Origin: Hydrolagus colliei
Lineage: Eukaryota
Direction: 5' to 3'
NCBI GenBank assembly: GCA_035084275.1
Contig: CM068758.1
Location: forward strand, 248,001 to 312,000
Length of the DNA: 64,000 nt
The translations under genes were made by a program, and so were the position numbers. Shown here piece by piece: positions 14,725 to 26,599 of the stretch (within the stretch, counting starts at the first letter, position 1; each line of letters begins with the position of its first letter). Below the pieces are notes generated by a model, which did not search any database, was not told the DNA's origin, and saw only the letters and a program-made list of their open reading frames with translations.

Positions 14725-15035
14725 GATTATTTCGCCCACAAATGTAATAAATTTTCCTACTCTTTTTTATCCTGCCCTGACTCATCCCCCACTGCTCTTG
14801 TCCCTATCTAACTGCACAACGACCTGGGATGTCCTCTCGACGTGAAAGGTGCTATATCAATCAATCAAAACTTATATTTATATAGTGCCTTTCATGTCGA
14901 GAGGATGTCCCAAAGCGCTGTACAGTTAGGAGGGAGGGATCGGGCCAGGATGAAGGAGAGTAGGGGAATTGACTGTATATTTGTGGGCGAAACGCGACAG
15001 CCAAATTGCGCACAGCAGCTTCCCCACAAACAGTC
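14725..15035. repeat. Tail-to-tail inverted pair of SINE 3' halves
   Basis: About 130 nt on each side of a CAATCAATCAAAAC spacer are near reverse complements, e.g. GGGATGTCCTCTCGACGTGAAAGGTGCTATA / TATAGTGCCTTTCATGTCGAGAGGATGTCCC. Confidence 0.75.
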
Positions 15036-15834
15036 ACGGAAGTGGGGTTAGGGGGAGAAAGAGGGTAAGGGGGTGGGGGGGGAGAGATGACAAGGGGAGG
15101 GGGTCGGGGGAGGGAGAGCAGGAAAACCCACTGTATACTTGTGGGCGAAATCTAAATGTAAGTATTGATTGATTGATTGCACTTGGCAACAGGCAGGATG
15201 GGCCAATGGCCTCCTGTTGAGATTCTAAAGGAAGACAAGAGGAAACATCCCAAGGAGTTTCGGGGCAGCAGCAGACGAGACAGACATTCCCTCCCGATGA
15301 CTCTCCATCGAAGGCAGGAAGCTGAACAGCATGTGTGCGCGCATATACACAATCACACACAGACACAGACATCAGTAACCACCACAAGACAAGGCTTCAA
15401 ACCATCCCCCACCCCCTAAAAAAAAACAGGGAGAGAGAGACACAGAGAGAGAGAGAGAATGGGAAAGATATAAGAGAATTAAAGAGTGATGGAAGTGGTG
15501 GAAAATGGGACAGAGAAAAAAGGTGAGGGGGGAGGGAGAGAGAGAGAGAGAGAGAGGGACAAACCCTGACATTGAAATAAATAAATGGCATTCGCCCACC
15601 AACCCACTTCCCTCTCTCCTTCCCACCCCCCGCCCTCCCTCTCTTTCCCTCCTTCATTTTCTTTATCGCCTATTTAGTATTTTTGTTAAATGGAGGGTTG
15701 CGGGTAGAGGGGGAGGGGGAAGACGAAGAGTTATGTGGGGGTTCTGTGTGGGTGTGAGTGTGGGGAGGTAAGGGGTGATTGAAACCTTGTTTTTTAAACC
15801 TCAGGAAAGAGGAAGGAGAGAAAGAATGAGGGAC

Positions 15835-16100
15835 CGAGTGAGGGGGAGAGAGAGAGAGTGAGGGAGAGGGGGAGAGAGAGAGAGAGTGAGGGGGAGAGTG
15901 AGGGGGAGAGAGAGAGAGAGTGAGGGAGAGGGGGAGAGTGAGGGGGAGAGAGAGTGAGGGAGGGAGTGAGAGGGAGTGAGGGGGAGAGAGAGAGTGAGAG
16001 AGGGAGTGAAGGGGGGGAGAGAGTGAGGGAGGGAGGGAGAGTGAGGGAGGGAGGGAGAGTGAGGGAGGGAGGGAGAGTGAGGGAGGGAGGGTGAGGGAAG
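15835..16100. repeat. GA-rich low-complexity/minisatellite tract
   Basis: Repeated GAGTGAGGG(G/A)GAGA... units, almost purely purine on the + strand. Confidence 0.9.
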
Positions 16101-16129
16101 GACAATGAGATATTTAAACTGAACTTTAC

Positions 16130-16184
16130 CTGTTAGCCGGATTTTAATGCTTGACCCGTTCCGTCGAGCGCCGGGATTCGACAT
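16130..16184 (-). CDS. SMURF1: SMURF1 E3 ubiquitin ligase, first coding exon; the rest of the gene lies left of the window
   Basis: MSNPGARRNGSSIKIRLT matches the SMURF1 N-terminus. 55-nt phase-1 exon followed by donor GTAAAG. In-frame TAA just upstream of the ATG. CpG island upstream; synteny with KPNA7 and MYH16. Confidence 0.92.
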
Positions 16185-16499
16185 TACTTATAAAATTCCC
16201 TGTTGTTACGCGACGGTTCGTCACCGTGGCTGTTGTTGTTGTTGTTGTGCACTTACGAGGTGGATTTTTTTAAAATGTGTGTCTTGAGTGTCTCTCTCTG
16301 TGTGTCTGTCTGTGAGTGTCTATAAATAAACGGAAATTGTGGGAATAAAAAAAATGAAGTGTTTTTTTTCTCTTCTCGTCGTCGTTGTTGAGGGGGAAGG
16401 AGAGAGACACACAGACACAGACAGAAAGGGTAACGGGGGAGGGGGGGGGGAGAGGGAGAGGAGGTGGGAAGGAAGGGGGGAAGGGAGGGGGGGAAAAGA

Positions 16500-16875
16500 G
16501 AGGTAACGGCTCTCGGGCCCAACAACAGGACCGAGCGCCCGGAGCCACTGACTGACTGACTGACCGACTGCACGAGACCGAGCGGCGGCGGCGGCGGCCG
16601 GCGGCACCCGCTCACTGACGTCAACACGCTGTACCCAACGCCCCCTCCCCCACCCACCCAGCGTGCGTGCTCCGGGAGACGTCGATGCGGCGGCGCACGC
16701 TCGCTGACGTCAACGCGCTTCCGCCTCCCCGCGCACGCAACGCCCCGCGAGACGTCGACAATGGCGGCAGTTCCCGCCTACTCGCGCCCAACCGCCACTC
16801 AGCCGCTCGCGCCCAACCGCCACTCGCCCGGCCTCCAGGGAAGGAGGGGCGTCCAGGCGCAGGCGCGGCCACACA
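16500..16875 (-). promoter_or_regulatory. SMURF1 CpG-island promoter with two palindromic CRE sites
   Basis: Very CpG-rich with a (GCG)n run. TGACGTCA at 16616-16623 and 16705-16712. YY1-like CAATGGCGGC at 16759-16768. Confidence 0.8.
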
Positions 16876-19129
16876 CTGCCCTCAGAAAGGTTTGTGTTTC
16901 TATCATAAAGGTGTCAAACAAAACCCTCCCCCTCAGAAAAGCTTCCCCTCTCTCTGTCTCTCTCTTCCCCCCACCCACCACCCGACCGCACAATGTTGAC
17001 AGATTGTTTGGAGGCGAGAAGAAAAAAAAAGTGTGTTTTTGGGGAAACTAAAATTTGTTTTCGAGGCAAAAGTAAATAAGACGCTTGTGGGCGAGTAGCC
17101 TAAATATATATATGTGTACATATGTCTTAATTCATTTAAACCCCCTGTCCTCCCTTTGAAGACCTTCTCTTGGTTTCAAAGCTCACTGAGGCTAAGTTGG
17201 CCACTCTACTGACTAATATTTGGCTACTGTTCTCTTGCTTGGGGTTGACTTTTCTATGCAGGTCATCCATTGAAACCACAACAAAATGACATTTGTATTG
17301 AAGTGCAACTGGAAAGATCGAAGTGGATGTTGTATAGTTATATATTGGAAATCTATATTTCCCAAAAAAAGATACTCACAGACACACACACAAGGGGAGA
17401 GGTTACAACACTGTAATTTAGCCTCTAGGGAGAGATGACATTTAACAATAAAACTAAACAGTGAACGTGAAGTTTTTGCTTAATGCCGTCTAACTGATGT
17501 ATCGCCAGCCTTACACCTGCCCAAGTGAGGATCACTACGATGAGGATCATGCGATGATCAGTAACAAGGCATTTGGCTCTCTCGCATCCCCACATCTTCA
17601 GCGTGGAGAGGCATTTTTCTTTTAAAATATAAAAAAGGAATCACTTGAAAGACGCACTTGTTCATCGTTTATAAACCACTCCAACATTACCAGTTTAATA
17701 TCCAAACGCGCAACACTTAGCGAAGCACTTCAGTGGGGGCATTACAAGTCAATGTCAGCCAACCTACTGTGATGTTCAGATCACTTGTGCTTTCACTGAG
17801 GTCCCATTCAACCATTAGGTCAGCATTTATGCCGGTAACAAAGACTTGCACTGTTTTAATCTTTGGACGTTGCTGTCTGATGTACATTCACCTGTATGTA
17901 AAGTATGTTGCAAATAATATGCGAAACAGACATCAGCCCTGTAGCACAAGATTATAAAGTTAAAACCTGTATAGTCAACGTAAAAAAAACCATGCTGAAT
18001 GAAGTGCTTTACACATTAATGAAAGTGAATGTATTCAAATTATCCTAAAGTTGGCTAACTGTGCACAGACAGAGTTTCTTGCTTAGGTTCCAATAAACAA
18101 ATGTTATTTGGCTGAACATGCCAATCCATCGCTTCTTGAATTGCTGTCAATTGATCCTGACATTCTCTGATGGCTCCAATGCCTCCATGCTCCAGAGCCA
18201 GATTCAAAATCCCAGCCTTTCAAGTTCTTTGCAGAAGAATGGCAGATAATATTCACCAGTTCAGCTGCATACAAATGTAATACATTTTTAACCATACCAC
18301 ATAGATCTGCAAAGGACAGCCAAGTTTTCCAGCATGGAAGTTTGTTGGTCAATTTTGGCAACAACTAAGCATGGCAAGGCGAGAATCCCCCCCCCCCCCC
18401 CCCCCACCCTGCAATGCAGTGGCTCCACAAGTGTATTTTGATCGCCTCAAATTGACATCTTGATGGGAAACAGGACTATTTTCTACAGTGTACCAGGCAG
18501 AGCAGAACAACCTTGGGTGTCTGCCAAGTTTACTGTAAAACATTGTTACTCGTTATCAACCCTTGAATTCTGTTGTGGTCCAGCGCTTTGGGACTCTTGA
18601 CGTGAAAGGTGTTATACAAGTGTAATTTTGTTGTTGGTTTGTTCAAAGCTCACTCATCACACGGAAAACCATGGAATTTGCTGGAAGTAACCTTATATTG
18701 AAACTTAACTTTGATGTGGTTCATGGTATTTTGAGCATCTGGTAGAATTATTACCCACATTACCACACTAGTGGCAAAATAAAAATCAGATTCGTTTTTA
18801 GTCAATTCCGCCAAATCAAATAGGCAGCTAACATTTTACAAGCATCACATTAGCTTCACTAAAACAACTATAGATGGGAATCGTTTATAAAGGATTGGAG
18901 CATTTAAGTCTCCGAATTAGAATGCCCATATGCTGTATATGTGGGAAGCATCATATTAAGCATAATCTTAATAAATTGATCTTATTGTATAATATTATTG
19001 ATTACAATCTTGGGTATTGTAAAAGGATAGCTTCTAATAGCTCTATCAGCCAATTGTAAAGAGATGGTGGGCAGAGGCGCACTCCGGTTTGGCAAAACTC
19101 AAACATACATCAAACATTCTGCAAAAAAA

Positions 19130-19135
19130 TTTATT
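19130..19135 (-). terminator. KPNA7 polyadenylation signal
   Basis: AATAAA on the minus strand about 115 nt after the stop codon, followed by a U-rich tract. Confidence 0.65.
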
Positions 19136-19250
19136 CCCCACTTACACAAGCACCTCCAAAACTGATTAAATACAAGTTAACAAATATCTCCTTTGGAGTA
19201 GTAATATTGCACGGAAGTACAGCACTGCACATCTTTAAGAGTCCACTAGC

Positions 19251-19340
19251 TCAGAAGTTAAACTCATCTTGCTGAGAATTCATCGAGAATATAAATTCTT
19301 CGTTTGTTGTTTCAGGCTGAATGTTTGTAACATCTTCGTC
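19251..19340 (-). CDS. KPNA7: KPNA7 coding exon 10 (stop)
   Basis: [29 protein letters not shown]. Confidence 0.85.
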   Translation of the reverse strand, partial: DEDVTNIQPETTNEEFIFSMNSQQDEFNF

Positions 19341-22300
19341 CTATAAGGGAGGAATGACAGGCATTCTTAGTTTTGCTGCAATGTTTTGGATTGAGTTCAG
19401 GTGGATCATCGGTCATCCATTCTCACCTGCTCGCTAACCCCCATGAAAAGTCAGGGAAGCAATAAAGTATGTACAGTACATTAGAATCTATTGGATTCTA
19501 TGGGCAAGCCCTAACAACTACTATTTTTCTCTGAAAGATAAGTAGCTACCTTCAATCTAATAGTTTAAACTTCTGCAATGCACGTTTATTGATTAATATT
19601 TTTCAATATGGCTATTCTATTATGGTGGATAATTAAGATTGAAGCATACTTAGTCAGGAAAATCCAACATGAAGTCCTGAAAAGCTACATTGGTAGTTTC
19701 ATGTACTACCTATTGGAATAAATACTGTATTTGTATCATAGCCTGATATGATGTTCTAGGGGATTTACACTGTTTGAAAGACAAAGCAGTCTCGGAAATC
19801 CTGGCCAGCAAACCTTCAAACTAAGATTAGTCAGTCACTTCATGGCTGTTTGTGGGATACCTGGAGGAAACAGCCTTTAAATTTGGCTAACAAACTGTTG
19901 CTACACTTCACAGTAATTGTCTGTGAAGCACTGATGTTCAACACAAAACATTATAAAAATCCAATTTTCCATTACTTTTTGCAAGTCAGGCAGCAACTCA
20001 CATTGATTTTCCTTGTAATAGCTCAGTAGGTTTTGCAACAGAACCTATAGTAGACATTTGAATTTAGTTTCCAAGCCCCTATACTGGAGGCATTGCAGTT
20101 CATTGCATTTTTGATTATACAGACTGACAGAAGCAGTCCCAACTTATTCCTGGTGGATGAATGTGAAGGATTATTGAGACTATCAGACCACATATCATTG
20201 CCTTCTCTGCAGACTGCCTACCAAAAACTGGGAACTAATCCTAGATTTTTGTAAGTTAGAGGGAAAAAAATTACAAGGAAGGAATTGCAACACAATCCTT
20301 CAATAGTATTTGCCAAAGTTAGTGTTCTCGGCTTACCGCTTCAACAAAGTATTTTTCAATGAGATTTAGCGCAGTTCTGTATACAGCATCATTTTCATGG
20401 GACTGAAGAGCTTCAATTTTTTCTAACCCATTAAGTCCTTCTATCATTAGACATAGTTTGTCTGTCTCACCAAGCTTCTCTGCAGCCTATACAGAAAAAT
20501 ACATAACAAAATAACCAACAAGTACATCATTAACCATAGCATTTTCACAATGCTAAGTTGCTGGAAAAAAACTTCAACAAGCTCACAGAGTCTGGTTGGT
20601 GCAATCTGACTGGTTCAACCCTAAACCTCTGTCAACTCACCAGGAAGATGTTGGAAAAGGCATCCAAGACCACCAGAATAATCTTAGCATCTTTGATAGA
20701 GAGCAAGTCAAGCAGGGGCTTCAGCACCCCACATCGTACCAAATGGACTATCTGGTCCACTGTGCCACCGCTTGAGTAGTTAGTCACAGCCCAAATAGCT
20801 TCTTTCTTTGCTTTAAAGTCACCCTGCAAGGCAAAGAAAATTTGTTTTTAACACAAGATCCAAAAGGTAAAATGAGTTACAAAACACAGCATACTGCAGA
20901 TACTGGAAGTCTGAAAACAAAAACAAGTTGCTGGGAACTTTCAGCAGGTCAGGAATCATCTATGGGGAAAGGAAAGTGAGTCAACGTTTCGGGTCCACGA
21001 CTCTTTGTCAGAACTGAAGTAACTTTGGTAAAATTAGGTTTTGGCACAAAGACTGCACTCTGACCAATTCAACCATCTTCCCCTGCTACTGCATGCAATT
21101 TGCTGGTGTAGTTACAGAGTTACAATAGAGCTTTCCTTCCTTAAACTGAGGCAGATTCCACTGCTGCACAAGCACTGTCAAGACTAAAAACCAACTGATA
21201 GATAATTTGCCATTAAACATTTTGTCCCACAAAAAGCTATAACCCACAAAAAGCTATAACCCAGATTTTAGGTCTGAGTCATTAGTCTTTTCCTGGCCAT
21301 CTGGGTCACCCTTTGTGGCTTATGCAAAAAAAATCCCTCTTCACTGCTCAAGCAGGTCTATGTTAAACACTGGTGTTTCCTGGTTACTCACACTAGAATC
21401 AGGGAATACTTCCTGGAGCTATCCAAGCATCCTGTTATGCAAAACCAGACTATTCTCCCTATAGGACTGGGAGGAAGTTACATTCAACTTTGCTGAGATG
21501 TGGACTCACAATTGGATAGAGATATAAGTGCAAATACATGTACATTCATCCAGATTCTGGATAGTGAATTTGGTGGTGGCATGGGGGAGGAGTGGGGAAA
21601 GAGGAGGAATAAGGTAATTGAAGAAAAAGGTCTCAATTAATGATTTGAAAATAAGTGATTCACAATTTCAGGAAGGAATTGCTTCCTTTATGAGTCAGGA
21701 CGATTGCGTAGGGGAGGGGGAGTGAAAGAAAGAAGGTAGTTGTATAAAAGGCAACCACGAACTTGTTAAAACATTCTTTACATGAGGGAAGAGGAAGTGG
21801 GAGAGAGAGAAAAGGTATAACAATGTAGAGCATCCAGTTGGATTGTGCAGCACTGTACATACTTGCTCCATTAGATCAACAAGATGAGGCATCACTCCAC
21901 AAGTAATCAGTTGTTGAATCTGGTTAGTCGGCCCAGCCGCAATATTAGAGATGGTCCAAGCAGCTTCCTTCTGTATACTGGACTTGGAGTGCTTCAATAC
22001 CTTGGGCAGTACAGACAGAACACCAGCCTTAAGGGCAGCCTCCGTTTGATTGTCAGTTCCAGTCACAATGTTTCCCACAGCACGGAGGGCAGGAGTCTAA
22101 AATGAAGACATGTGTCAGTCAGGCCTTTTTTCTGTTAGCAGATAGAAACGCCTGCTAATGAGGATTCTCTAAACTGAAGGTTTAGAATTATGTACAGGAC
22201 TGGAAAACTTCAGCTTACAAAATTAATATGGTCTTGATTGCATTTTCTAATTATTCTCATGGTCCCCCATTTTATTTGACTCCATGTTGTTTGTAGAATG

Positions 22301-25300
22301 TTGCTGGGCACAAAATACGTGATCACAGCATAATCTGGCAAAGCACTTTGAGGCATCCTCCCAAGTTGCTACATGAAATGCAAGGATTTATTACTTTAAA
22401 ATCCACCTTTCTCTTTACTACCCGCCCCACACCCCTCCCAACTGAGGGAGCACTTTCCAGTGACTCCCTTTACTTCATCATCCCATCCTTCCTGCCCCTT
22501 GTGCAGCAAGCTCAAACATATGAATTACAGCATGAATCTTACCAATACATTCAGCTGAGAGGTAGCCATTAAATGCACCAGTCTGGGCAAAATACCAGTG
22601 TTCACTACAACCTCAATCCGTTCATTGGGGCCATCGGTCAAGTAGGATAGCGCCCAGCAAGCGTCAGAGAGGATATCTGGATCATCATTGTAAAGCAGCT
22701 GAACAAGTGTAGGGAGCATCTGCTGAACTGCCTTGAGTGAAGGGTGAGGATTCTTGTTGCGACACAAGTTTGACAGAGTCCACGTAATATTGCTCAATAT
22801 ACCAACCTGCAATTCAAGAAACCAAGCATCACCTGTTCAGTTCAGCTAGAGTAGTTCCTGTTTAGTTTAAGCCCTCCCAACCCGCAGGTGCTGAGCTAAG
22901 ATGCTAAGAGGTGCAGACATAAGCATCCTTTGAGTACGTTACCCAAGTGAGGATTTTCCATATGGAAGCCATAGGCAGCAGGCATCATCCACAAACCTTA
23001 CACTGAACTACTGCCAGGCCAAGCTTGAGGATATCTTCAATTATGTTGCCAAACCTGCACCAACATTACAGCACAAAATACAATGAACATGGAATTGGTT
23101 TGTGATAAGTGGCAATATAGACCCACCCCCCAAAAAAAAACACAATTATTTATGCATTCAGAGGGGTTCCATGAGCTTTTCAAATTAATGTGAGTCACAT
23201 CAAGTAAACTCAGGTTTCATGTTTAAAGTAGCATTCTGTACTAGGAATATGGAGCATTCTACATTGATGATTCTTCATCTTGTTCAGTTTTCTCATTCTG
23301 GTCATTAAGTTTTGTCACTTTTTCTAACATTCAAAACGAGAGCACTCTGAATTAGATTCATGACCGGGTCCGAGCCTGGCAACCACATCCACTTACTGGG
23401 GTACTAGGCTGTACCAATGCAAGCAGAGGCTGGATAACATTGCAATTTATCAATGCATCACGAAAGAGGGGACCATCGCCTAGAGGGGGGGAAAAAAAGA
23501 AATGTTATTTTCCTTTTGGTTTCGATAACCATTACCCACTTTTCATCTGGGTTAAAGTGTGAGAGCAAATCTTGATCACAATGCGTCTCGTTAGGAATCC
23601 AGTAATCTACCTGCAATGTTGCCCAAGGCCCACACAGCCTGCTCACTGATGTGCATGTGTGGAGATGAAAGCAGAGACACGAAGGCTGGGATAGCACCTC
23701 CGTCCACGACTGACTTGGTCTGCTCTGACGTGCCTGATGCGATATTAGTCAGTGCCCAGGCAGACTCAAACTGCAGAACAGGGATATCATCTCGACCAAG
23801 GAATTCAACAAACTTCTTGATTAGTCCTGCTTTAATGATCTCATTCAGAGGAGGTTTCCAGGCTCGGGACAGAAGTTTTCTACCGAGAAAAATAAACATT
23901 AAACTTTGCTGCAATTGGAGATATAATCTTTATATTTGATAATAGAACCTACTTCATCAAATTGTTTCACAAATGATTGTGAGGCGTTGTGAGTATTAAT
24001 AGGTAAACAAGAACCATTAGGTGAATGATCCATTTATCTAGACAATCTTTGGCCAGGAAACTGAGTGAAACTCTCTTATCTTTATGAAGTGTATCATGGA
24101 ACCTTTCATATTTACAAGGGTTTCCCCCCCCACCCACCCGCCCCACAAAAAAGTTTAGTGACAGTGAAAGTGCACTACCCTTTTAGTCCCTCTCCCGTTA
24201 GCCTATTTGCAGTCCAACCAAAGGAAATGAAAATATTTGGTTGTGTGGTTCCCAGAAGAGATCAGATATCCTAGGATTCTGATGAAGCTACAATTTTAAC
24301 TCATCCTTAAGCAGAAATCAAGTCTATTGAGCAGTTAGGCATGCTTACTGCATTGAAGATTTCATCCATAAATATACAGTCGATTCAACTTACAACATAT
24401 TCTGTGAAGCGCTTTGAGACGTCCAGAAGATGTGAAAAGTGCTAAATCAAATGCAAGGATTATTATTATGATCACTTACTACTGAAGTACTGTCTGAAGT
24501 GCATTGTCCTGGATATAAATTTGCACATCTGTATTTGAATAAAAGATATCGAAAAATATCTGAGGAAAAATCATGGAAGGGGAATCTGCAAGCCGGACAC
24601 ACTGGATAAGGTATGGTATAGTACCTTGCACCCTGTGTCGCTTGCAGTTGCAACTGTTGTTCAGGGCTGTTCATCCCAGCCACAATCTCTGCGACAGTCA
24701 TCTCACGGACCTACACATTAGGAACAAGGGGTTAGAATTCGGCTTACAAACATTCTAGTAGCATTTTTCGCGCTATTAGGTATGAAAAAAAAGATTGAAA
24801 GCAAATGGTTTTCAGTCAGCAGATACGACACGCAGAATGGCTTCCAACGATTGGGTACGTTTTAGATGAAACATGACAAATGCGCGCATTCTTTTTTAAC
24901 CCACTCTTTTGTAGGGAAGAAAAAAAAGTTGAGTCTTTGAAAATGGAACTATGTTAGAGCAGTTTAAAAGACATGATTTGTGTGGCAGTGCAAAAGCATG
25001 CAGAAGGTAGTGACCAGCACCACCAACTGGTGGGAAAATTACTCAACACTTAATCTTTCTCTAGATTGATTGATGGACAAATTTGCAGCATCAGGTCGGT
25101 TGCAACCTATGTTTAGGACACACCTATTCAACAGGAAATTCTACAAAGAATTGCTAAACATACTATCAGGACAACCATCACTCACATTGGCCGAGGACCA
25201 GAGCAGTTACACAACTTTACTATGTACTGCAAGTCCCACACACACTTTCCAAAATAAAACACTCAAAGGATTTATACAGTTATATTGCTCTTTGGCCTGC

Positions 25301-26599
25301 AATTTGATTGCATTCCGCTTTATAGATACAAATTTTCTTACAATAATTTCTGGTGTCTTGTCATCCTCTGGCAAAGTGCCCACATTTCTCCTCTTCAGAA
25401 TCTGCTCATCCTTCTTGGCTTTTCGTAGCTCAACATTGACCTCGATTCTCCGCCTCCTCAGCTCCTAGTTTAATAATAATAATAATCCTTGCATTTGATA
25501 TAGCGCTTTTCATGTCTTCTAAACTGTGTCTCAAAGCGTTTCACAGAATATACTGTAAAGTGAACTGACTGTATATTTGTGGGCGAAACGCGGCAGCTAA
25601 TTGCGTACAGCGCTGTGTCCCAAAAGAGTCATGGATTAAAAAATTACCTTTCTCTTTTCTAGCAAAATAAAACAGTGGGATGGATTCTTTTCCGAACGAA
25701 TATGACTGTACAGGGAATAAAACTTTTCATCCTTCCAAGCTACTGAATAGACAGAATATTTAGATTAAGCCATCTGCTGAATTCAGTGATTTTTAAAAAA
25801 ATAAAGCTGGTTTGGGAGAGATGGAAAGCGCTTTATTGCAATTCTAAAGGTGCAATTTTAAAACTTTTTTTTTTGAGTCAATACACCATATATATATATA
25901 TATATATATACATATATTTAAAAAAACGATTTAGAATCCAGTCAAGTTTCAGTTCAGTGGAAACTCAGAGACCCTCTGCCAAGATTGTTCAATTGGTCCA
26001 AAGAACAGACACCACCGTCCACATGTGACAGAAATCTGGATTCCCAGCAATTCCATCATTCCTGCACTTAAAATGCGAAGGGAGTCTTGGAGCTGGGTAC
26101 TCCAGAGGTACTCATCTTCTATATCATCTTCAATCGAATCACCCAACTCTACACTGTTCCCAGACGCAAAGTACTGTAGTCAGATAATTGAATTAAGGGT
26201 ACAGACTAGTTTGGATTCTGTAGCTCTCCCTTTAATTCAAATGTCCCTTAATACAAGGGGCATTCAGTCAATTGCAGCTGCATTCAATTTATCCTAACAA
26301 CAAAATGATTGAGAAACTGATAGACTCATTAGCTGGCCTGGGTAGAGGGCTTTTGCAATAGGAAATTTATTACAGGGTTTTTTTTGCTGAAACCTTACTT
26401 TGGAGCTTGTAGCAACTCAAATTGGCACAACACAGATTTGAAACCTCCCACCCACCAAATCAGTAATCTCCATTCATTATAGATCACTTTGATACCAAGG
26501 TGTCCAACATAACAAGGAAATAGGGAGCATTACCGTAAAATCTCTCCCCTTATTCTTGAATGTTTTCATCCTTGCATTCTCAGCTTCACGGATTGACAT
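19251..26599 (-). CDS. KPNA7: Importin alpha, karyopherin alpha 7; complete gene, 10 coding exons, 515 aa
   Basis: IBB domain ([28 protein letters not shown]), ARM repeats with WALTN/WALGN/WTLSN/WALSY/WTISN/WAVTN, C-terminal FNF. All introns GT-AG with matching phases. The short N-terminus and [15 protein letters not shown] segment are KPNA7-like rather than KPNA2-like. Position between SMURF1 and MYH16 as in human. Confidence 0.9.
20337..20486 (-). CDS. KPNA7: KPNA7 coding exon 9
   Basis: [32 protein letters not shown]...KYFVEA; AG/GT ends. Confidence 0.9.
20641..20823 (-). CDS. KPNA7: KPNA7 coding exon 8
   Basis: [16 protein letters not shown]...SNIFL; AG/GT ends. Confidence 0.9.
20875..21017. 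mobile_element. Probable Penelope-like retroelement fragment
   Basis: TGCAGATACTGG...CAGCAGGTCAGG...AACGTTTCGGGTC...TCAGAACTG resembles a common chondrichthyan repeat end; recognised from memory only. Confidence 0.4.
21863..22096 (-). CDS. KPNA7: KPNA7 coding exon 7
   Basis: [15 protein letters not shown]...[12 protein letters not shown]...DLMEQ. Confidence 0.9.
22543..22806 (-). CDS. KPNA7: KPNA7 coding exon 6
   Basis: [20 protein letters not shown]...[10 protein letters not shown]...LNVL. Confidence 0.9.
23397..23479 (-). CDS. KPNA7: KPNA7 coding exon 5
   Basis: (G)[27 protein letters not shown]. Confidence 0.9.
23611..23879 (-). CDS. KPNA7: KPNA7 coding exon 4
   Basis: KLLSR...[15 protein letters not shown]...[10 protein letters not shown]. 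Confidence 0.9.
24625..24710 (-). CDS. KPNA7: KPNA7 coding exon 3
   Basis: [29 protein letters not shown]. Confidence 0.85.
25342..25464 (-). CDS. KPNA7: KPNA7 coding exon 2 (IBB domain)
   Basis: [41 protein letters not shown]. Confidence 0.9.
25470..25640 (-). mobile_element. SINE 3' half abutting the acceptor of KPNA7 coding exon 2
   Basis: Minus strand reads ...ATCAAATGCAAGG(ATT)n, the same tail as the other SINE copies. Confidence 0.8.
26534..26599 (-). CDS. KPNA7: KPNA7 coding exon 1 (start)
   Basis: [22 protein letters not shown]; acceptor TTTGCAG 9 nt before the ATG; donor GTAATG. Confidence 0.88.

Noticed and set aside
1-16129. SMURF1 exon 2 (LCAKNLAKKDFF) or other coding exons
   Set aside because: Not found by eye. 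The short ORFs here lack recognisable domains, so the region is treated as intron 1.
15794-16129. Pro/Ser/Leu-rich extension of the SMURF1 ORF
   Set aside because: Read-through into an intronic low-complexity repeat past a canonical donor.
19251-26599. KPNA2 assignment
   Set aside because: N-terminal length, the exon 5 sequence and synteny fit KPNA7 better. A tree is still needed to confirm.
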